From NCBI RefSeq assembly GCF_009914755.1, contig NC_060947.1: 64,000 bases of DNA, one strand, 5' to 3'. Under the pieces are notes generated by a model that saw only the letters and a list, made by a program, of their open reading frames with translations, was not told the DNA's origin and ran no database searches. Numbering within the stretch: position 1 is the first letter of the stretch; each line of letters starts with the position of its first letter. The position numbers and the translations under genes were made by a program. This document shows positions 1 to 16,930 of this stretch, piece after piece. The DNA is from the human T2T-CHM13v2.0 reference genome, Homo sapiens.

Positions 1-963
1 TAAGAATCGGGCCACATATTCATAGACTGACAGTTTCAATCTTTGCAGACTTTGTCCTTTGAAGTTTGCTTTGCTTTCTCTTTTCACACTTTGGTAGCAT
101 CTTTCAGTTCTCTGCTGCTCCAGAGAGGAACATTATGGCCTCTTGATTGGATGGATAAAGGGTCCAGCCCTGACCCATTGGCTGCTAGAAGGGCCAGGGG
201 CAAAAAGATGACCCCATTAACCACCTTTTCCACCTGTACTTCAGTCTTACTTGCAAATTGTTTTTTCTCATGTCTTTTCATCATAGTCTATACAATCATC
301 TTGTCAACAAGTTATCGTAAAAATTGTTGAAAAGGATCTATTAATTCTCAGCCCAGAGGCTGTCCTTTGGATTTCTTTGTGACTATTGCTTTGGTCTTAC
401 ATGTGGCTGATATCAGCTTGTTTTGAAAATCCAAACACTAGTCCACATTTTCACCTAGTAAAGTCATTGATGCCTTCTTTGTGGCCAGTTATAAGGAGCT
501 TTTTCATCTAATTCATGATGACCCAGGAACCTTACCTCCATGACAAAAATGTTCCTGGAACTCAGCTTCCCAACGTCATCTCTACTTCAGTTCTTTAGGT
601 TGCCAGATGTTGAAGATAAATCACTTTATCTGTGGTTGCATAGAATTGGTTGGGAATCACATGAGTTTCTTCATGTAAAAACTACCAAGACCTCTGCTTT
701 GGGTCTAGATCCTGGTTTATGCTGCCTTCTTCAAAACTAAGGGGAGATGCTGGGACTTGCTGTTAGCTCCATTTTTTTTTTTAATTGCATGATTCTCTGA
801 CTTTGCTGAGGAGTTGTAGATCCAAGTTCAAACATACATTGGCAACTACACCCAAATGCAGCCAAGATACAAGGGTCTACATGTGATACAGGGTCTAATT
901 AGCCATGTGACTTTGGACAGGTCATTCTCTCTGGCTTTGATTTTCTCATTTGTAAAATGATGT

Positions 964-1012
964 ATTAAATTGGGGCAAAAGTAATTGCAGTTTTTGCCAT
1001 TAAAAGTAATGA
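964..1012. mobile_element. MADE1 (mariner-derived) fragment inside a MIR remnant
   Basis: ttaaattggggcaaaagtaattgcagtttttgccatta resembles the MADE1 terminal inverted repeat. Confidence 0.7.
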
Positions 1013-1410
1013 ATTCGGTTCTTTCTAATAATTGAATTAGATTCTTTCCAGGCCCTTTTCTGGTTCTTTCCATTTCTAAAGGTCTATGATGAATAGGCCA
1101 ACCATGTCATCATGGGTTCCAGCACAGCACCCTAGAGCCCCACACCTCATTCCTGGCAGGCACGCACATCTCCAAATAGGGCTCCTTAGTTTTTAAAGAA
1201 GGGAAAACGGATAAGGAGAACTGAAACCCACATACTTTCAGTTCTGACTTTGTGAGTTTTGAATTTAAATGCTTTCTCATATGAAACAGTGAGTGGGCAG
1301 AAGCATTCTACAAGAAGAGAGCCCTGAAGTTAGATGAGCAATGAGCAATCCCTTTCTGTTGGTGATTCTCTTTTGAAATAAAACGCATCACTGCTCAAAG
1401 CTCAACTGCC

Positions 1411-1532
1411 AAAAAAAAGAAAGAAAGAAAGAGGGAGAGAGAGAGAGAGAGAGAAAGAAAGAAAGAAAGAAAAGAAAGAAAGAGAGAGAAAGAAAAGCTA
1501 AGAGTAAGGAGAAAAAAGAAAAAGAGAGAGAG
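1411..1532 (+). repeat. Purine-rich (GA)n/(GAAA)n microsatellite
   Basis: direct reading. Confidence 0.95.
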
Positions 1533-3114
1533 AACCCACCACCCTGTGCGAACAGCACAGCTGAACAAAGGGAAATAGAAGGTAGTGGCATGTGAATCCA
1601 CGTGGCCCTTTGCCAACCCACTTGCCTCTCACGCTGCCACACTTGCATATATCAGGGTAATTTCTGGGATGGAGGTTTTTACTGAGCACTTGTTGGCAGA
1701 GAGATTTTCTCCCAGTCTCATGACGTTCACAAAAAGCTAGTACTGAGAGGAAAAAACTGCTGGGACTTACATGTAATAGCATCTTCCAAGCAGCTCTATA
1801 AGATGACTAACATTTCAGCTGGACACGAGACAAAACTTGGCACCAGAAATGGTGGATGATGGTGCACCACCACTGCTTCATGCAGCCCACTATCGAGGCA
1901 AGGGGGTCTGAGCACATTGCCTGCAAATAATATGTTTGCAACTTTTCAATTCATTTGAGTCCTGACTTAAAAAAAAGCGTGCCAGGCAAATGATCATCTG
2001 CATGACTTTTCAGAAGGTTTTGCCCTGCTAGCCCTTAAATGATATGTGAAAACAAATCAGGGAGTTGGGGCCATCTGAAATGTAGCTTGAGAGGGTAAGA
2101 GAAGATGGAGAGACATGCTAAGGGTTTAAATAGGAGGAACCAATGAGGAAAAGCACATGACACTATTATAGTGGAATTTTGCCTTTTTTTGGCCATTCCT
2201 GTATTTCCATAGTTGTAACCATTTGTTACAAGCTATTCCTCTGATTTTTTTTTTTTTTGCATCTTATAAAAGTGAGGAGTCTATAAAAGACAACATTTTG
2301 TAGGCCTGCAGCCTTTGCATCTAGTTTTTGGAAATAAGTTGTTACTTATCTGCCTATGAATGCCTTCTCCCAGCTTTCCTCGAATTTTTTGAGGGATGAG
2401 GAAAAATTAGTTTCCTTTTAAAATACGGAACCCCTGGAGAACATTTGTTTCTCAGAGAATGATAAACAAGGAAAGGGGATGTGATGCATACAGCAAATTT
2501 AAAAACATTATCAGGCTGGATGCAGTGGCTCATGAAGCTTGCATTTTAGTGCAAAAAAACAAATAAATATATAATGTGGCAAGTGTATTGCTAAGCATTT
2601 TAGAGAAAAGTGAAATAGGATAAAAGGATTAGAGAAGAAATGGGAGGGTGGAGGGTCCATGCTATGTTGTAGGTCATGATTGTAAATACCATTAAGTCTA
2701 GTTTCCATTCTCCCTCTGTGCAGATGAAGAAACTGAGGCACTAAAGGAAGACATGACTGCCCAGGGTCTCCCAGCTGGCTAGGCACCCACTGGGAATGAA
2801 ACCCAGCTCTCCTGACCCAAGACAAGCCCTCTTTTCTCCCATCTCGACACCCGCACTTGGAAATGGGTTGCTGCAGTAGGAATTTGAAGTCTAGCATTTT
2901 TTCCCCTTGCAATCAATTGATACTGATTTTCTTATGAGTACAAAATGAATTGTCCAACACCATTCGCATATCAGCTTGTGGCAGCAGTAATAGTCACTAA
3001 CATTTAGAAAGGGGTGGCATGGAATTCACCTAGAGTTGACTCCCCACTGTGTGGTCAGTTCATGAGCATCTGCCCTGTGCTCAGCACCTTTCACACTGAT
3101 GTGACAAATTCAGG

Positions 3115-3265
3115 ATGCATCTCCAACTTTAATATGTACATGAGTCACCTGGGAATCTTGTTAAAGTGCGGATTCTGATTCAAGAGGTCTACGTGGGACC
3201 TGAGACTCTAATAAGCTCCCAGGTGATCCTGGGGTTGCCAGTTCACAGACCACATTTTGGGTATT
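3115..3265. mobile_element. MER5A-like hAT DNA transposon
   Basis: tcacctgggaatcttgttaaa...gattctgattca...aagctcccaggtgat...gaccacattttg signature. Confidence 0.7.
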
Positions 3266-5046
3266 GAAAGTCTAGGTACCTCTGCTAGTTTGCTGAATGC
3301 AACTGAGAAAGAAACCTCAGGGTTAATGCTTGCATTTTTCTGTCTTCATTTCTCCATTGTCCTACTCTCCTCCCTTGGAAGGCTCCAGCTTAGAAAAAGA
3401 AAACATTATGAAATAGCAGTGCCAAACCTGAATTACAATGTTAGGCATGTAATTATCTGGGCAAAAGCCAGATGTCTCAGACTAGGGTTTAGTACAGCTT
3501 GCCAGGGCTGGGTAAAGTTCCTAGATTGAAGACACAGTTGAGACTACATGACATATGCAAGAGAAAAGGGGTACCTGTGCCTGAAACTCTGGGAGGTGAG
3601 AAGTGGACAAGGGTTACTGCTGCATAAGTAATTGAGGAAGCTTCTCCTTCCCCACCAGACTGCAAACTGAGATGTTTGCATATTAATCTTGGCCACAGGG
3701 GTGACTCGGTCTGTGTCTGCAAATGAAAGGTTTCATCCTTGGCTGTGAAATAAAAATAGCAAATAGCATGTGGCATGCAGGGGCTTTTCCTCTATAAGGG
3801 GCTGTCGCTGTCCACTGTTTAAAGCCTCTGCTTGAGCCATCTTCAAGGAAGGAGGGTTGTGAATGAGTGGGGGCAGATTGCAGAGCCAGTTCGTAGACAG
3901 CAGAGATGCTCCAGGGAAAACCTCCCTTCTCTTGCTGTTTACATTTGCACATACTTACCAGTTTGCCAGAACTTCTTGGTGTCAACAACTTTGACTGAGA
4001 CTGCGCCACGTGAATGTATCTCCTGGGGACTCAGAAGATAGCTCAGGAGGTAAAGGCAAGGCCCCCGCACTGTGATCTGACTGAGCTTAGGAGAATTGGG
4101 CTCCTCAAATCTTTTTGCAAACTCAGTTTCTTCTCAGAGGAAAATGGTAACAGTGATAATAAGAAAAAAATAAAACCGTATCTCTAAAGTGGAAAAGGCT
4201 ATAACAGTTCCCATTACTCTTCTGGAGGGAAAACCAGTTCCAGTGGGCCTAGGGTTCCACAGCTATGTAGGGCTTCTTTACAACTGAAGACTTTAGACCA
4301 TTTGGTTTGTATTCAGTAGGACCAGGTGGAAGATGTGAGGATGGGATGGTGAATGGGAGGTAGATATCTGACTTTAGATTTCTAGGCATTTGCCAAAATA
4401 TTCCTCCTCCAGTCAAGACTTGTTGCCATCGGTGAAAATGGTTAGTCACCTTATAACAGTTGTGATCTTCCTAAATGCGCTCAGCAAAGGCAAATGGAAT
4501 GTTCTGGATTACCAACCAATGGCCCAGAAGGTTGTACATCACACTGGGAATTGTTGCTGGTCTCTTTTGTTCGAAGTTGAACTAGAGAGGTGGCAAGCAG
4601 AGGTGGAACACTCTCATCAGTTACTAGAAAGATTTCCCACCACCCAGATAAGCCATAAACCATCTGAGGGAAAGAAAGACTAATTCCCTCAGCCAATATC
4701 AGCTCTAGCTCGATAATAATTCCCATCTTGGAGATGGGAATAGGGAAGGCAAATGCCCTCTTCTTCAACAAGTCTCAGAGCTTACTGTAGTGTCTCAAGG
4801 ATAAGGCTCCTATGACCCAAGAGCTGCTGGGCAACCTGTGTGTGTCTCAGCAGAGTCGAGGGTTTGGAGGACTGCCTGGGGCAACCCAGCTGTCACTGGC
4901 TGGCCCAGGGTTTCTGTATGAGGCCATGATATTGGCTTGGCAAACAGCAAGGGAGATTCCAGGAAAACAAAGAAAAAAAAATCCTTTTCACTTTTAATTC
5001 AAGTGGCCCTTCTTGCTGCCACTTTGAATGGCTAAGACATTTGTAC

Positions 5047-5347
5047 TTTTTTTTTCTTTTTTTTTTGAGACGGTGTCTCACTCTGTCGCCTAGGCTGGAG
5101 TCCAGTAGCACATTCTCGGCTCACTGCAAGCTCCGCCTCCCGGGTTCACGCCATTCTCCTGCCTCAGCCTCCCCAGCAGCTGAGACTACAGGCACCCGCC
5201 ACCACGCCTGGCTAATTTTTTTGTATTTTTAGTAGAGACAGGGTTTCACCGTGTTAGCCAGGGTGGTCTCCATCTCCTGACCTCGTGATCTGCCTGCCTC
5301 AGCCTCCCAAAGTGCTGGGATTCAGGCGTGAGCCACCGCGCCCTGCC
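5047..5347 (-). mobile_element. AluY
   Basis: gcaagctccgcctcccgggttcacgccattctcc diagnostic; TSD acatttgtactttt. Confidence 0.92.
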
Positions 5348-5574
5348 GGCAACATTTGTACTTTTTAGTGGCCCCCACTTCCAGACGTGGAGTATACAAG
5401 TGGATGCCCACTGATGGGGCCACTCTGTAGCTCTCCGGAGTGAGTCAACCCCAGGATATTGGAGGAGCAGGGAGGGGCAGAGAAAAGCTTAATTCATTTT
5501 TCTTATTGTACGACTCATCTTAAAACATTGCAATTTCTTTCAAGCAAAATAGCAAGCCTTTTTTGTTTGAATAA

Positions 5575-5825
5575 ACATTTTACTTTGGGATAATTTTAAA
5601 TTTGCAGAAAAGTTGCAAAGATAGTACAAAGAATTGCCATATACCCAGCTTCTGCCAATGGTAACGTCTTACATTTCTACCGTACATTTGTCAAAACTAA
5701 GAAACTGACACAGGTGCAATACTATTACCTAAACTCCAGACTTAATTTCAGTTTTGCCAGTTTGCTATTTAATGTGCTTTTTCTATTCCAAGAGACAATC
5801 CAGGGGACCATATTGCATTGAGTAA
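5575..5825 (-). mobile_element. Old L1 (L1MC-type) 3' end fragment
   Basis: ataattttaaatttgcagaaaagttgcaaagatagtaca...atattgcatt signature. Confidence 0.65.
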
Positions 5826-7195
5826 CATGCTCTTTTCTAACAAATCTCTGCTTGAGCTAATCTAGCTGATCTTTTAACCAACCTAACTGAGCACCTGTTC
5901 TGTACAGGGCCCTGGCTAAGCCAAGGGGGAGGGATAAATAAGTCCTGACATAGTTCGCTGTCTACTTGGAGAGGCTGATGCATAAATAACACTGTAAGAT
6001 GCATGTAATCAGAGTGGTTTGCAAACAGTGCCCCAAGATTGTGGAGGACAGGCATAGTTCTCTCCACCTGGGGCCTCACTGGGGCCACATTTGCTATGAG
6101 TCCAGGAGAATCAGAAGGGCGTTCCTAGATAGGGAAGTGAGCTGGAGAGGGAAATCTGGGAAGGTGATACAGAGTTCCACCCAATTTGACTTTGATAGGA
6201 AAGGGAAAGTACTGCAGGGTACCGAGCTGACTATTTAAGATGTGGACGCTTAGAACTAGGAAATGTCCTGGTTTCTAAAAACAATGAAGAGAAGTACTCT
6301 AATACTGGGAAAAATGTGTGAGCATGTTAGTTGGGGGGGCTTTTCAACTGGGGCTCATTAGGAAGAAACCCCAGCGATCTTTCTTTCATTATGTGGCAGC
6401 TAGTTGAACTATTTGATTTTACAGCAAAGAACTCACAAAAAGAGGGCCTTTGTTCCCAGGTTGAAAGCACAAGAAAATACCAAAAACTTGAATCATACCA
6501 GCGTCCAGGTAGAAAATCATTCATATCATTTGCCAGTTGTTAATTTTGTTGGTGGCGATCATCTATGCTCTTCCCTCACCCTAGGGGTGCTGACCCTCAT
6601 CTTAGGAGAGGCTCGACTTGTAGAGCGAGGACTCATTTCCCCCACCCAAGCCAAACAGGTGCAGGGGAATGGAGCAGTTTGACACCAGCCGCAGCTCTGT
6701 CCTAGGAGAAGATCATGATGTGACCTGGGGATAAAGACTGAACACAAAGCTCAAAGCAGTGCTCTCTAAAAGCAGGGTGTCCCTTGATGTCTGAAGAAAT
6801 GACAATGTTGACCTATAGGCTTCTAGGTAAGGTTCCAAAAATGTACCCTCAGGGTCCATCTTCCATACTCAAAGCTTAACTTCAGTTCCCCCACAAAGAT
6901 TTGCTTTCTCGACGCAAAGAAGGCCAAGATGTAGGATCCATGCTCTTCTAATGTGGTCTTCTACAAAATTCTCAATGGGCCCACACTCCCCAGCAATCCC
7001 AGACTTATGAGTCCATATTCCAGCTGTTTAGCTCAAGGGCTCACAAGGCAGGTGGGTTTCACTTAAAGGCAAAAGAAGAGGACAAGAGTCGTGGGGGTAG
7101 CTCCCCACAGGTGAGGGCTGGCGGTTGAGAAGGCAGGAGAAAGTGTCAGTTTCATGGCTGACGGGAATCCAGTGTGACTTCAATAGCTGAATTGA

Positions 7196-7340
7196 GGCCG
7201 GGCGCGGTGGCTCGTGCCTGTAACCCCAACCCTTTGGGAGGCCGAGGCAAGAGGATCATTTGAGCCCAGGAGTTCAAAACCAGCCTGGGTAATGTAGTGA
7301 GACTTCGTCTTTACAAAAAATAATGATAATAATAATAATA
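7196..7340 (+). mobile_element. FLAM / Alu left monomer inserted in a MIR
   Basis: single Alu arm followed by (TAA)n tail. Confidence 0.85.
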
Positions 7341-7639
7341 ACAACTTGAGTGAGCCTTCATCTTTCTGAGCCTCAGATTTTCCATCTGTAGATGAGAATC
7401 TTATCACCTGCCCTGCCTATCTTGCAAGGTTCCAGTAAGAATTCGAAAAACAAATGAATGCAGAATACATTGCCTGGTATAATAATACTCAATAAAGGGC
7501 AGCTATTGTTCATATTACTTCATGTATAATAAAAAAGTTATTTCTTATAATTGAATTCCTAGTAAATATGAGAGTCTCCCTGCAGTAAAGAAGAGAACAA
7601 ACTTTATGCTACTAGCAAAAATATGTGGCTATTTGCCTA

Positions 7640-8678
<1,039 letters not shown>

Positions 8679-10596
8679 CTGTCAACAGAAATTCTGGAGT
8701 AATGGCACATTCTTGGATGTAGGAATGATATGTTATTAGCTGCACAGTTTTTTGGAAACTCCTTTACTCCTCTTCTCATGATGAATTAGTCACAGATGAA
8801 TTAGTATTTTTCCCCCCATTTATCTGGCATGGATTGTAGTTGCTGAACTAAGGCAGCTATTTACAGCGCTCTTCTTATACCTCCGACTATGTTTGCAGAA
8901 ACTTACATACAAAATACTGTTGCCTGATTCAGGCTGCCTGGTTTGGTTTTGAACAGGGTGTGTCAAGGTACATTCAAAGAGAAACTCTGACTCAAGGGCA
9001 AAGTGATGTTGATAGAGTCCAACTCAAAATATTTAGAGAAAAAGATGGGTATAGTCAGACAGTGGGCTTTCTCCCTTGTGTTTTCAAGGTTTTCCTGAGA
9101 ACAACAGACATATTGTGGCTTTCCCCTTAGCTTACTATTAACATGAAGCGAGAGGTCAATGACACTGTCTGGCTCCTCAAAGGAGCTAAGAGAAGGGAAG
9201 AAAAATCCAAATTCCCAGGTAAACATCTGTAAAAGGATTTGGAACTAAGGATAAGGAAGTTCCGAGGCTTACTGAAAGGGAAGGGAAGGCAGCATTATTT
9301 ACTGGCCATGGATCGTACTTCCTGTTGTGAAGCTCAGCACTGTTTCATAACAGCTGGGGGCTGCTGTCTCTTCTGCTGTAATGAGGAAGCAGCGTTCTTG
9401 GTTCCTCCATATTACACAAGTTAATGACCTCTACTGCACGGTGAAATTGGCATAGGGAGAAGAATGGGACGCTTGCCCCTGTAAATACAATAAAGCTTTT
9501 TTAAAAAAAATTGCGGGAATATCTTTTCATAGATAATGTTATTGAGTATGTCACATGTCCTTTACCCCTCTGTAGGCTCTTGACTTGTCTGGAGATTAAA
9601 ACAGGTTAAAGAGATAAGTACTCACCAGGGACTGCCCCTTAGCACGCATTTGTTGTCACTACACAGCCAGGGGCTACAAAAACCAGCATAGTCCTTTAAA
9701 AAAGGAATTCGGTTCGTGTCCTTCTTATCATATAATTTTGCTACAAACCCCACAAAAACTGTTTTTGCAGCAAATTTGCCTGGAAGGTCGGCCAGGGAAT
9801 TGTGAAACAACATTTTTACCTTGACAGGAGACATGATAACTTGCCCTTATCCTTCTGCAGATAAGTCATACTGTGGCTAGGTTCACACATGTGAGATACA
9901 GTGAAAAACTGAAGAGACTTCTTGGATATCTCATTGGATAAATGCTCAAAAATCTAGATTTTTTTTGGCAAAAAGGTCTTTCAGGTTAGCAGACAGAGGT
10001 TGGCTTTCCTTATCACACCGTGTGAGTTCAAATTCAGATTGGGCTATTAACAAACTGTGTGGCCTTGACTAAGTTAATTAACATCTCTGTGCTTCAGTGT
10101 TCTCAACTTTAACGGAGAGAGTAGTAATACATATGCCATATTCTTGGTGTGAGAATTAAGTAAGGCAACATATGAAGCCCACAGAACAGTGCCTGATACT
10201 ATAAAATGCTCCATCAATGTTAGCTATTTTAATTAGACAGAATGGATGTAAATTCGTGATTGAGGAATAGAAGGTACAGAAACAGATGAGTCATCAAAGG
10301 GAAGGAATGCTTGAAAGCCCAGGAAACACTGCCCACCCGCATGTATGCTATCATTTGCACCCAGCATTCAGGGTTCTCCTGACTGAAGAAGCTTCTCTTC
10401 CTGCCTTCTTCTCTCCTTTCCTTGTTTCCCATGACAATCCTTCTGGAAGTGTCTGCACCAGCCACACAGGTCTCCAGGGCTTTCCTATCTTCTTCCCCTC
10501 AGTCTCACACATTCACAAGGTTTTTGTTTTTTTAAAAAAAAATTATTTTAAGTGACTTTAGATATCTTGCTTGTGTTATAACTTTAAAAAATCTTG

Positions 10597-10932
<336 letters not shown>

Positions 10933-12061
10933 TTATTCCATTTTGTACTTAGGAAATATAGACTAAATCCCAGGTTTTCAATTTCCTTACCATTGTGCCA
11001 TACTAAATATTGGGGATTCTACTCTTCTAGCAGTGCAAATCTGTGCTACTCTATTCATTCTCCATCATTGCTTAAGCTTCCAGGTTTGGTTTCTTATCTC
11101 TCCATTAGATTCTAAGCATTCCAGGGCAGGGATCAAATGTAAGCTTTGTATTCTCAAAGGTATCTCAAGTTCAAATCTCAAGTCTGACACTGGTGAGAAT
11201 CTTCAGTAAATATCTAATGACTTTTGCATTGCTTCAGTGATTAAATGGCTATAAAAGGCAGATTGTTTCCCTCCTACTGAAGGCACTGTGGATAGGTGCA
11301 CCCATATCGAATGGCCCCTCACTATTGTGAGTGCTGGCTGTTTTCATCACAGTGGGTGGCATTCTAGGCTCTTTCCCCAGGCTTGGAGTCTCTCTCAATG
11401 CCATGATCTTAGCATTCTGCCCGTTGACCACACTGGAAGTGAAACTACATGCTTATTTCTCATGGTGGGACACAGTGCACAAGGAAGTAAAAAAAAAAAA
11501 AAAAAAGGGAAAAAGAGAACAGACCTACTTTGTTCCCCTTAATCTCAGGATTGGTGAATTACTGAGTTTGGGGCAGGCTTTAGAGGCTGGTAAATGACAT
11601 GACATTGCCTCCTTTGTGGCTACTGAGTTCCTTTTGCGGGGGGATGGAAGACAGTTTCAAAGTTTTAACTTTGATCATCTTACCTGGGAAATGTAAGAAA
11701 GGCAGGACCCTCACCTGTTATGATGGAGTGCAGGGCCCAGGCAGGGGACACTGCAGGGACTTGTGGTGGCAACTAGTGCATTATCTTCTTGTGTCTTCAT
11801 TTCTTCTGGATGAAGTTCATGCCGAAGACTTCTTAGGAAACCCATTCGTTAAGGGGAAGGTACTCCATTGCCTCACTTAGTTACATATTATCCTGGCCTT
11901 TCACAGCCTGGATTAAAGTCTGAGGCCTCTCTAATGCAAGCTCATGGTAGGATAGAATATCACTCTTGTCAGGCCATTCATATTGACTGGTCTTTGACAT
12001 ACTCCGGATACTCTGAAAATACTGCTCTGCAGTTGTCAGCATTTTAAAGGGGGAAAACCAT

Positions 12062-12493
12062 GGTTAAAACAAACTAAATATGGCCTGAGAAGAACTCCAT
12101 ACTTCTATATTTGAGTCCTTGTGGACAAACTATAGCCTAGCTTAATAGGCAGACAAAATTGAAAACCTAACTTAGTAGTATGCACCTGTAACAATAGCTA
12201 AGTCTTGGCCAATCCCAGTGGCCATACTTCAACCATTCATACACCGCTGAGTGTTCAAACTGTGTTCAAATAAGGCATATGCCGAGCTGTAACCAGCCCA
12301 GTCGTTCTGGACCTCATTTCCCATTTCTGTACATAATTTCCCTTTTTTTGGTCTATAAATCTTCTTCCATCACGTGGCTGCACTGAAGTCTCTGTGAATC
12401 TGCTGTGATTCTGGGGGCCGCCCGATTCAGGAATTGTTCATTGCTCAATTAAATACCTTTACATTTAATTTGGCTAAAGTTTTTCTTTTATCA
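12062..12493 (+). mobile_element. Solo ERV1 LTR, MER57-like
   Basis: aaactaaatatggcctgagaag...ttgctcaattaaa...ttttatca; 4-bp TSD CCAT at 12058-12061 and 12494-12497; TATA-like ctataaa. Confidence 0.82.
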
Positions 12494-13041
12494 CCATTGC
12501 CAGGCCTCCTTGGAACACCTATCTCCCACCATTCATTGCCTTTCATGGACTAAGTCAGGTACCACTTTCTGTTTCAGCCTAGAAAAAGTATTTCCTCCTC
12601 AACCTTAGAGAGAGGAGGCTAGACGAGATGGCAAGTACCTTCCAGTCCCAACATCCTAAGCATCTCCTTTCTCTTGGTGTGAAGTGATATAGGGAAAAGA
12701 AAGTAGGAGTTGGAGTCAGATTTGGATTCCAAAGGCAGTATTCCTGCTTCCTGGCTGTATAGAGTTAAGTGAGTCCATTTCTTCAAGGCTCAATTTTCTC
12801 ATCTCTAAAATGGGAATGACGATACTAGTCTCAAAGTGCTGTTGGGAGCACTACTGACGTCCTGCTTGCAAAGCATCTAGTACAATGCCTGGCCCACAGT
12901 AAGCATTGAATGCATTTAGCTATTATTATTATTATTATTAATAGAACTGTGTAAATAACATTAGTATCTTTTATGGGACTAAAAAACAAAACAAAAAAAG
13001 AACTGGTCAGGTGAATCCTCACATGTTATGTTAAAACTCTA

Positions 13042-13370
<329 letters not shown>

Positions 13371-13763
13371 ATTATAGGAAATAATAAATGCCAGTCTTTC
13401 TCCTTCATTTCAGGGCCCAAATCACATCTTGCTGTTGTTGTATGACTATTTTCTTTTTGGTCTTCTTTCTACTATATTTAACTTTTGCATGTATTCCAGA
13501 GTATCTGACAAAGTGCAGTATGCATGGTAGTGTATTACAAAACATCTAAGATATAGAATTGATCATCTGTTTCTTAGCTGGCCAGTCTATCATGGCAAAT
13601 AATAATGAACTTCTACCATTCTGACCAGTGCTCAGAGTGATTTGATAAAGCAGAGATGGACTGGAATTGTTCACAACCACACATTCAGCGACATCCAAGT
13701 TTTTCATTGGCCATGCTGAGGAGCAAAGCTATTTAGGGGCTGGTGGGAATTGGACCTGGATGA

Positions 13764-14124
<361 letters not shown>

Positions 14125-14655
14125 TAATCCTTTCAGTCATCTTTAAAATAGAGATTTTTGTCTTCCATTTTACAAATGAGGAAACTGACAGCCAGAGAGA
14201 TTAAGTAAGCTTCTCAGAGTGGAGCGAGGACTTGCAACTTCACAGCCGTGTGCTTCTCTGCAGTATTGCCTGGATTTAGCAAAGTGGGATTTAAGGATTG
14301 CTTCCTTTGTCTTTACCTGTACTTAGGAAGTAGGCTTAGTTCTCTGAATAATCCACTTCTTGGACCATCAGACAACTATTTTCACACATACTTTCATCTT
14401 TCCCTAGCCTCCCTGAGTAGGTTAGGTAGTTATTCTTTGCGTGTTTTCCAAAATGGTAAGGCTTCAGGTAGACTTTCAAATTGTAAGAGTCATTTCAACA
14501 GAATTAAAATGTTCCACCTAAAGCCTTATACAGACAGTGCTTTGAATACGTCTCCAAAAAGTATCTGACTGAATCTAATTTTTTTTAATGTGCTTTTGCT
14601 TAACTTACATTCAGTAAGCCCACCCCGTCTCAGACATTTTTACTTCTGAAGATCA

Positions 14656-14972
<317 letters not shown>

Positions 14973-15653
14973 GAGAGAGAGAGAAATCAGAAATAGCTCC
15001 TTATAGCAAATACATTCAGAATTTCCCCATAAACATAGACTCCCATGACAACCAAACAAAAAGAGACAAGGAAGGAGAAACTCACTCTCTTAAAGCCACC
15101 AGCTGTAAATCCTTTCTGCTAAAAGCTGTAGGATAGTATAGATTCTGTTTAAATTTTTATTTTTATGACTGATGTAAAGAATGATCCTTTGTTTAAAAGC
15201 CCTTTCTACTACTCTCTCTATGTTATATCTAAACTGGTACAGAGATATTGGTATAAAATATCTCTCCAATGGATAAATTGATTAATTGACTTGATAAGTT
15301 TGACTTAACGTGTATATGTCAAAAATCATTTTGAGTATTTCCACACACTTTGGGCTTCCAACGATCTGCATCCTTTCCCCCCACTGAGATTCTCTATGCT
15401 GGCATGTTTTTCTATGGCACAGTGAGGGAGCAGTTGACACAGTATAGGCCAAACGACCCATCTATTTCTGTTTTCTCCCTTAATTTACAATATCACTGAT
15501 TACACCTAATAATTCCATTCTAAAATACATTTTTACACTAATTTTGCTACTCACAGGTCCTAGAAACACCATCACCAGGGTATACTATGGATTCAATTTT
15601 GGGGACATAAACATGTTCAAACGTCTATGATGAAAAAGAAAGGTTTACTATTA

Positions 15654-16007
<354 letters not shown>

Positions 16008-16616
16008 AGAATCCAACAATCCCCCCACCCAACATTACGTTTCCTTTTTCTGTACCCTGGGCAAAGAATATCAGAATTTTCATACACAGTAAATTCTCTA
16101 TATGTGCTTGTCACTGGGGTAGTTTAAAAACCAGTGCTGTGGGGTACAGGTTTCTCTCCACAAATCACCACCGAATCAGCTTCTGACAGATCTGCAGCTA
16201 GAATGACTCTTGGCCAATCCTAGGATGATTCCTTTATTCATTAGTGGCTTTCAATGCCTTGGGGCTACTCTTTCTGTTATTTGAGGACACCATGCAGCAT
16301 GCAGCGGTTTTTTATTAACTCACTAATTGTGCCATTTCTTTCACTCTTCGGGTGATGTTGTATGTGTTCTAATATAAGATATACAACTCTTCATCATTTT
16401 TCCCTGTTCAGATAATCTATTCTGCACGAGGACTCCCTGTAAGAATATTCATAGTATTCAACTGTAGTAAGAGAAAGTTTGAAATAAACTGAATAGCCAA
16501 GTGAAAGGACATTGGTCAGATAAGTTATGGTAAACAAAATGGAATGCTAAACATCGATTAAAATCAGATGTTTGCTACTACATACTCATTAAAAATTTTT
16601 TTTAAATGAGATGTTT

Positions 16617-16930
16617 GACTGGGTGCAGTGGCTCAAGCCTATAATCCCAAAACTTTGGGAGGTCAAGGTGGGCAGATCACTTGAGGCCAGGAGTTCGAGA
16701 CCAGCTTGGCCAACATGACAAAACCCCATCTCTACTAAAAATACAAAAAAAAAAATTAGGTGGGCATGGTGGCACATGACTGTAATTCCAGCTACTTGGG
16801 AAGCTGAGGCACAAGAATCACTTGACCTGGGAGGTAGAGGTTGCAGTGAGCCGAGATCGCAGCACTGCACTCCAGCCTGGGTGACAGAGCAAGACTCTGT
16901 CTCAAAAAAAAAAAAAAAAAAAAAAAAAAA
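16617..16930 (+). mobile_element. Alu (S/J)
   Basis: dimeric Alu, long A-tail, flanking gagatgtttga repeat. Confidence 0.9.

Noticed and set aside
9622-9834. 70-aa minus-strand ORF ending at a strong CTG|GTGAGT donor
   Set aside because: No recognisable homology and no partner exons found; could be a lncRNA exon but is unsupported.
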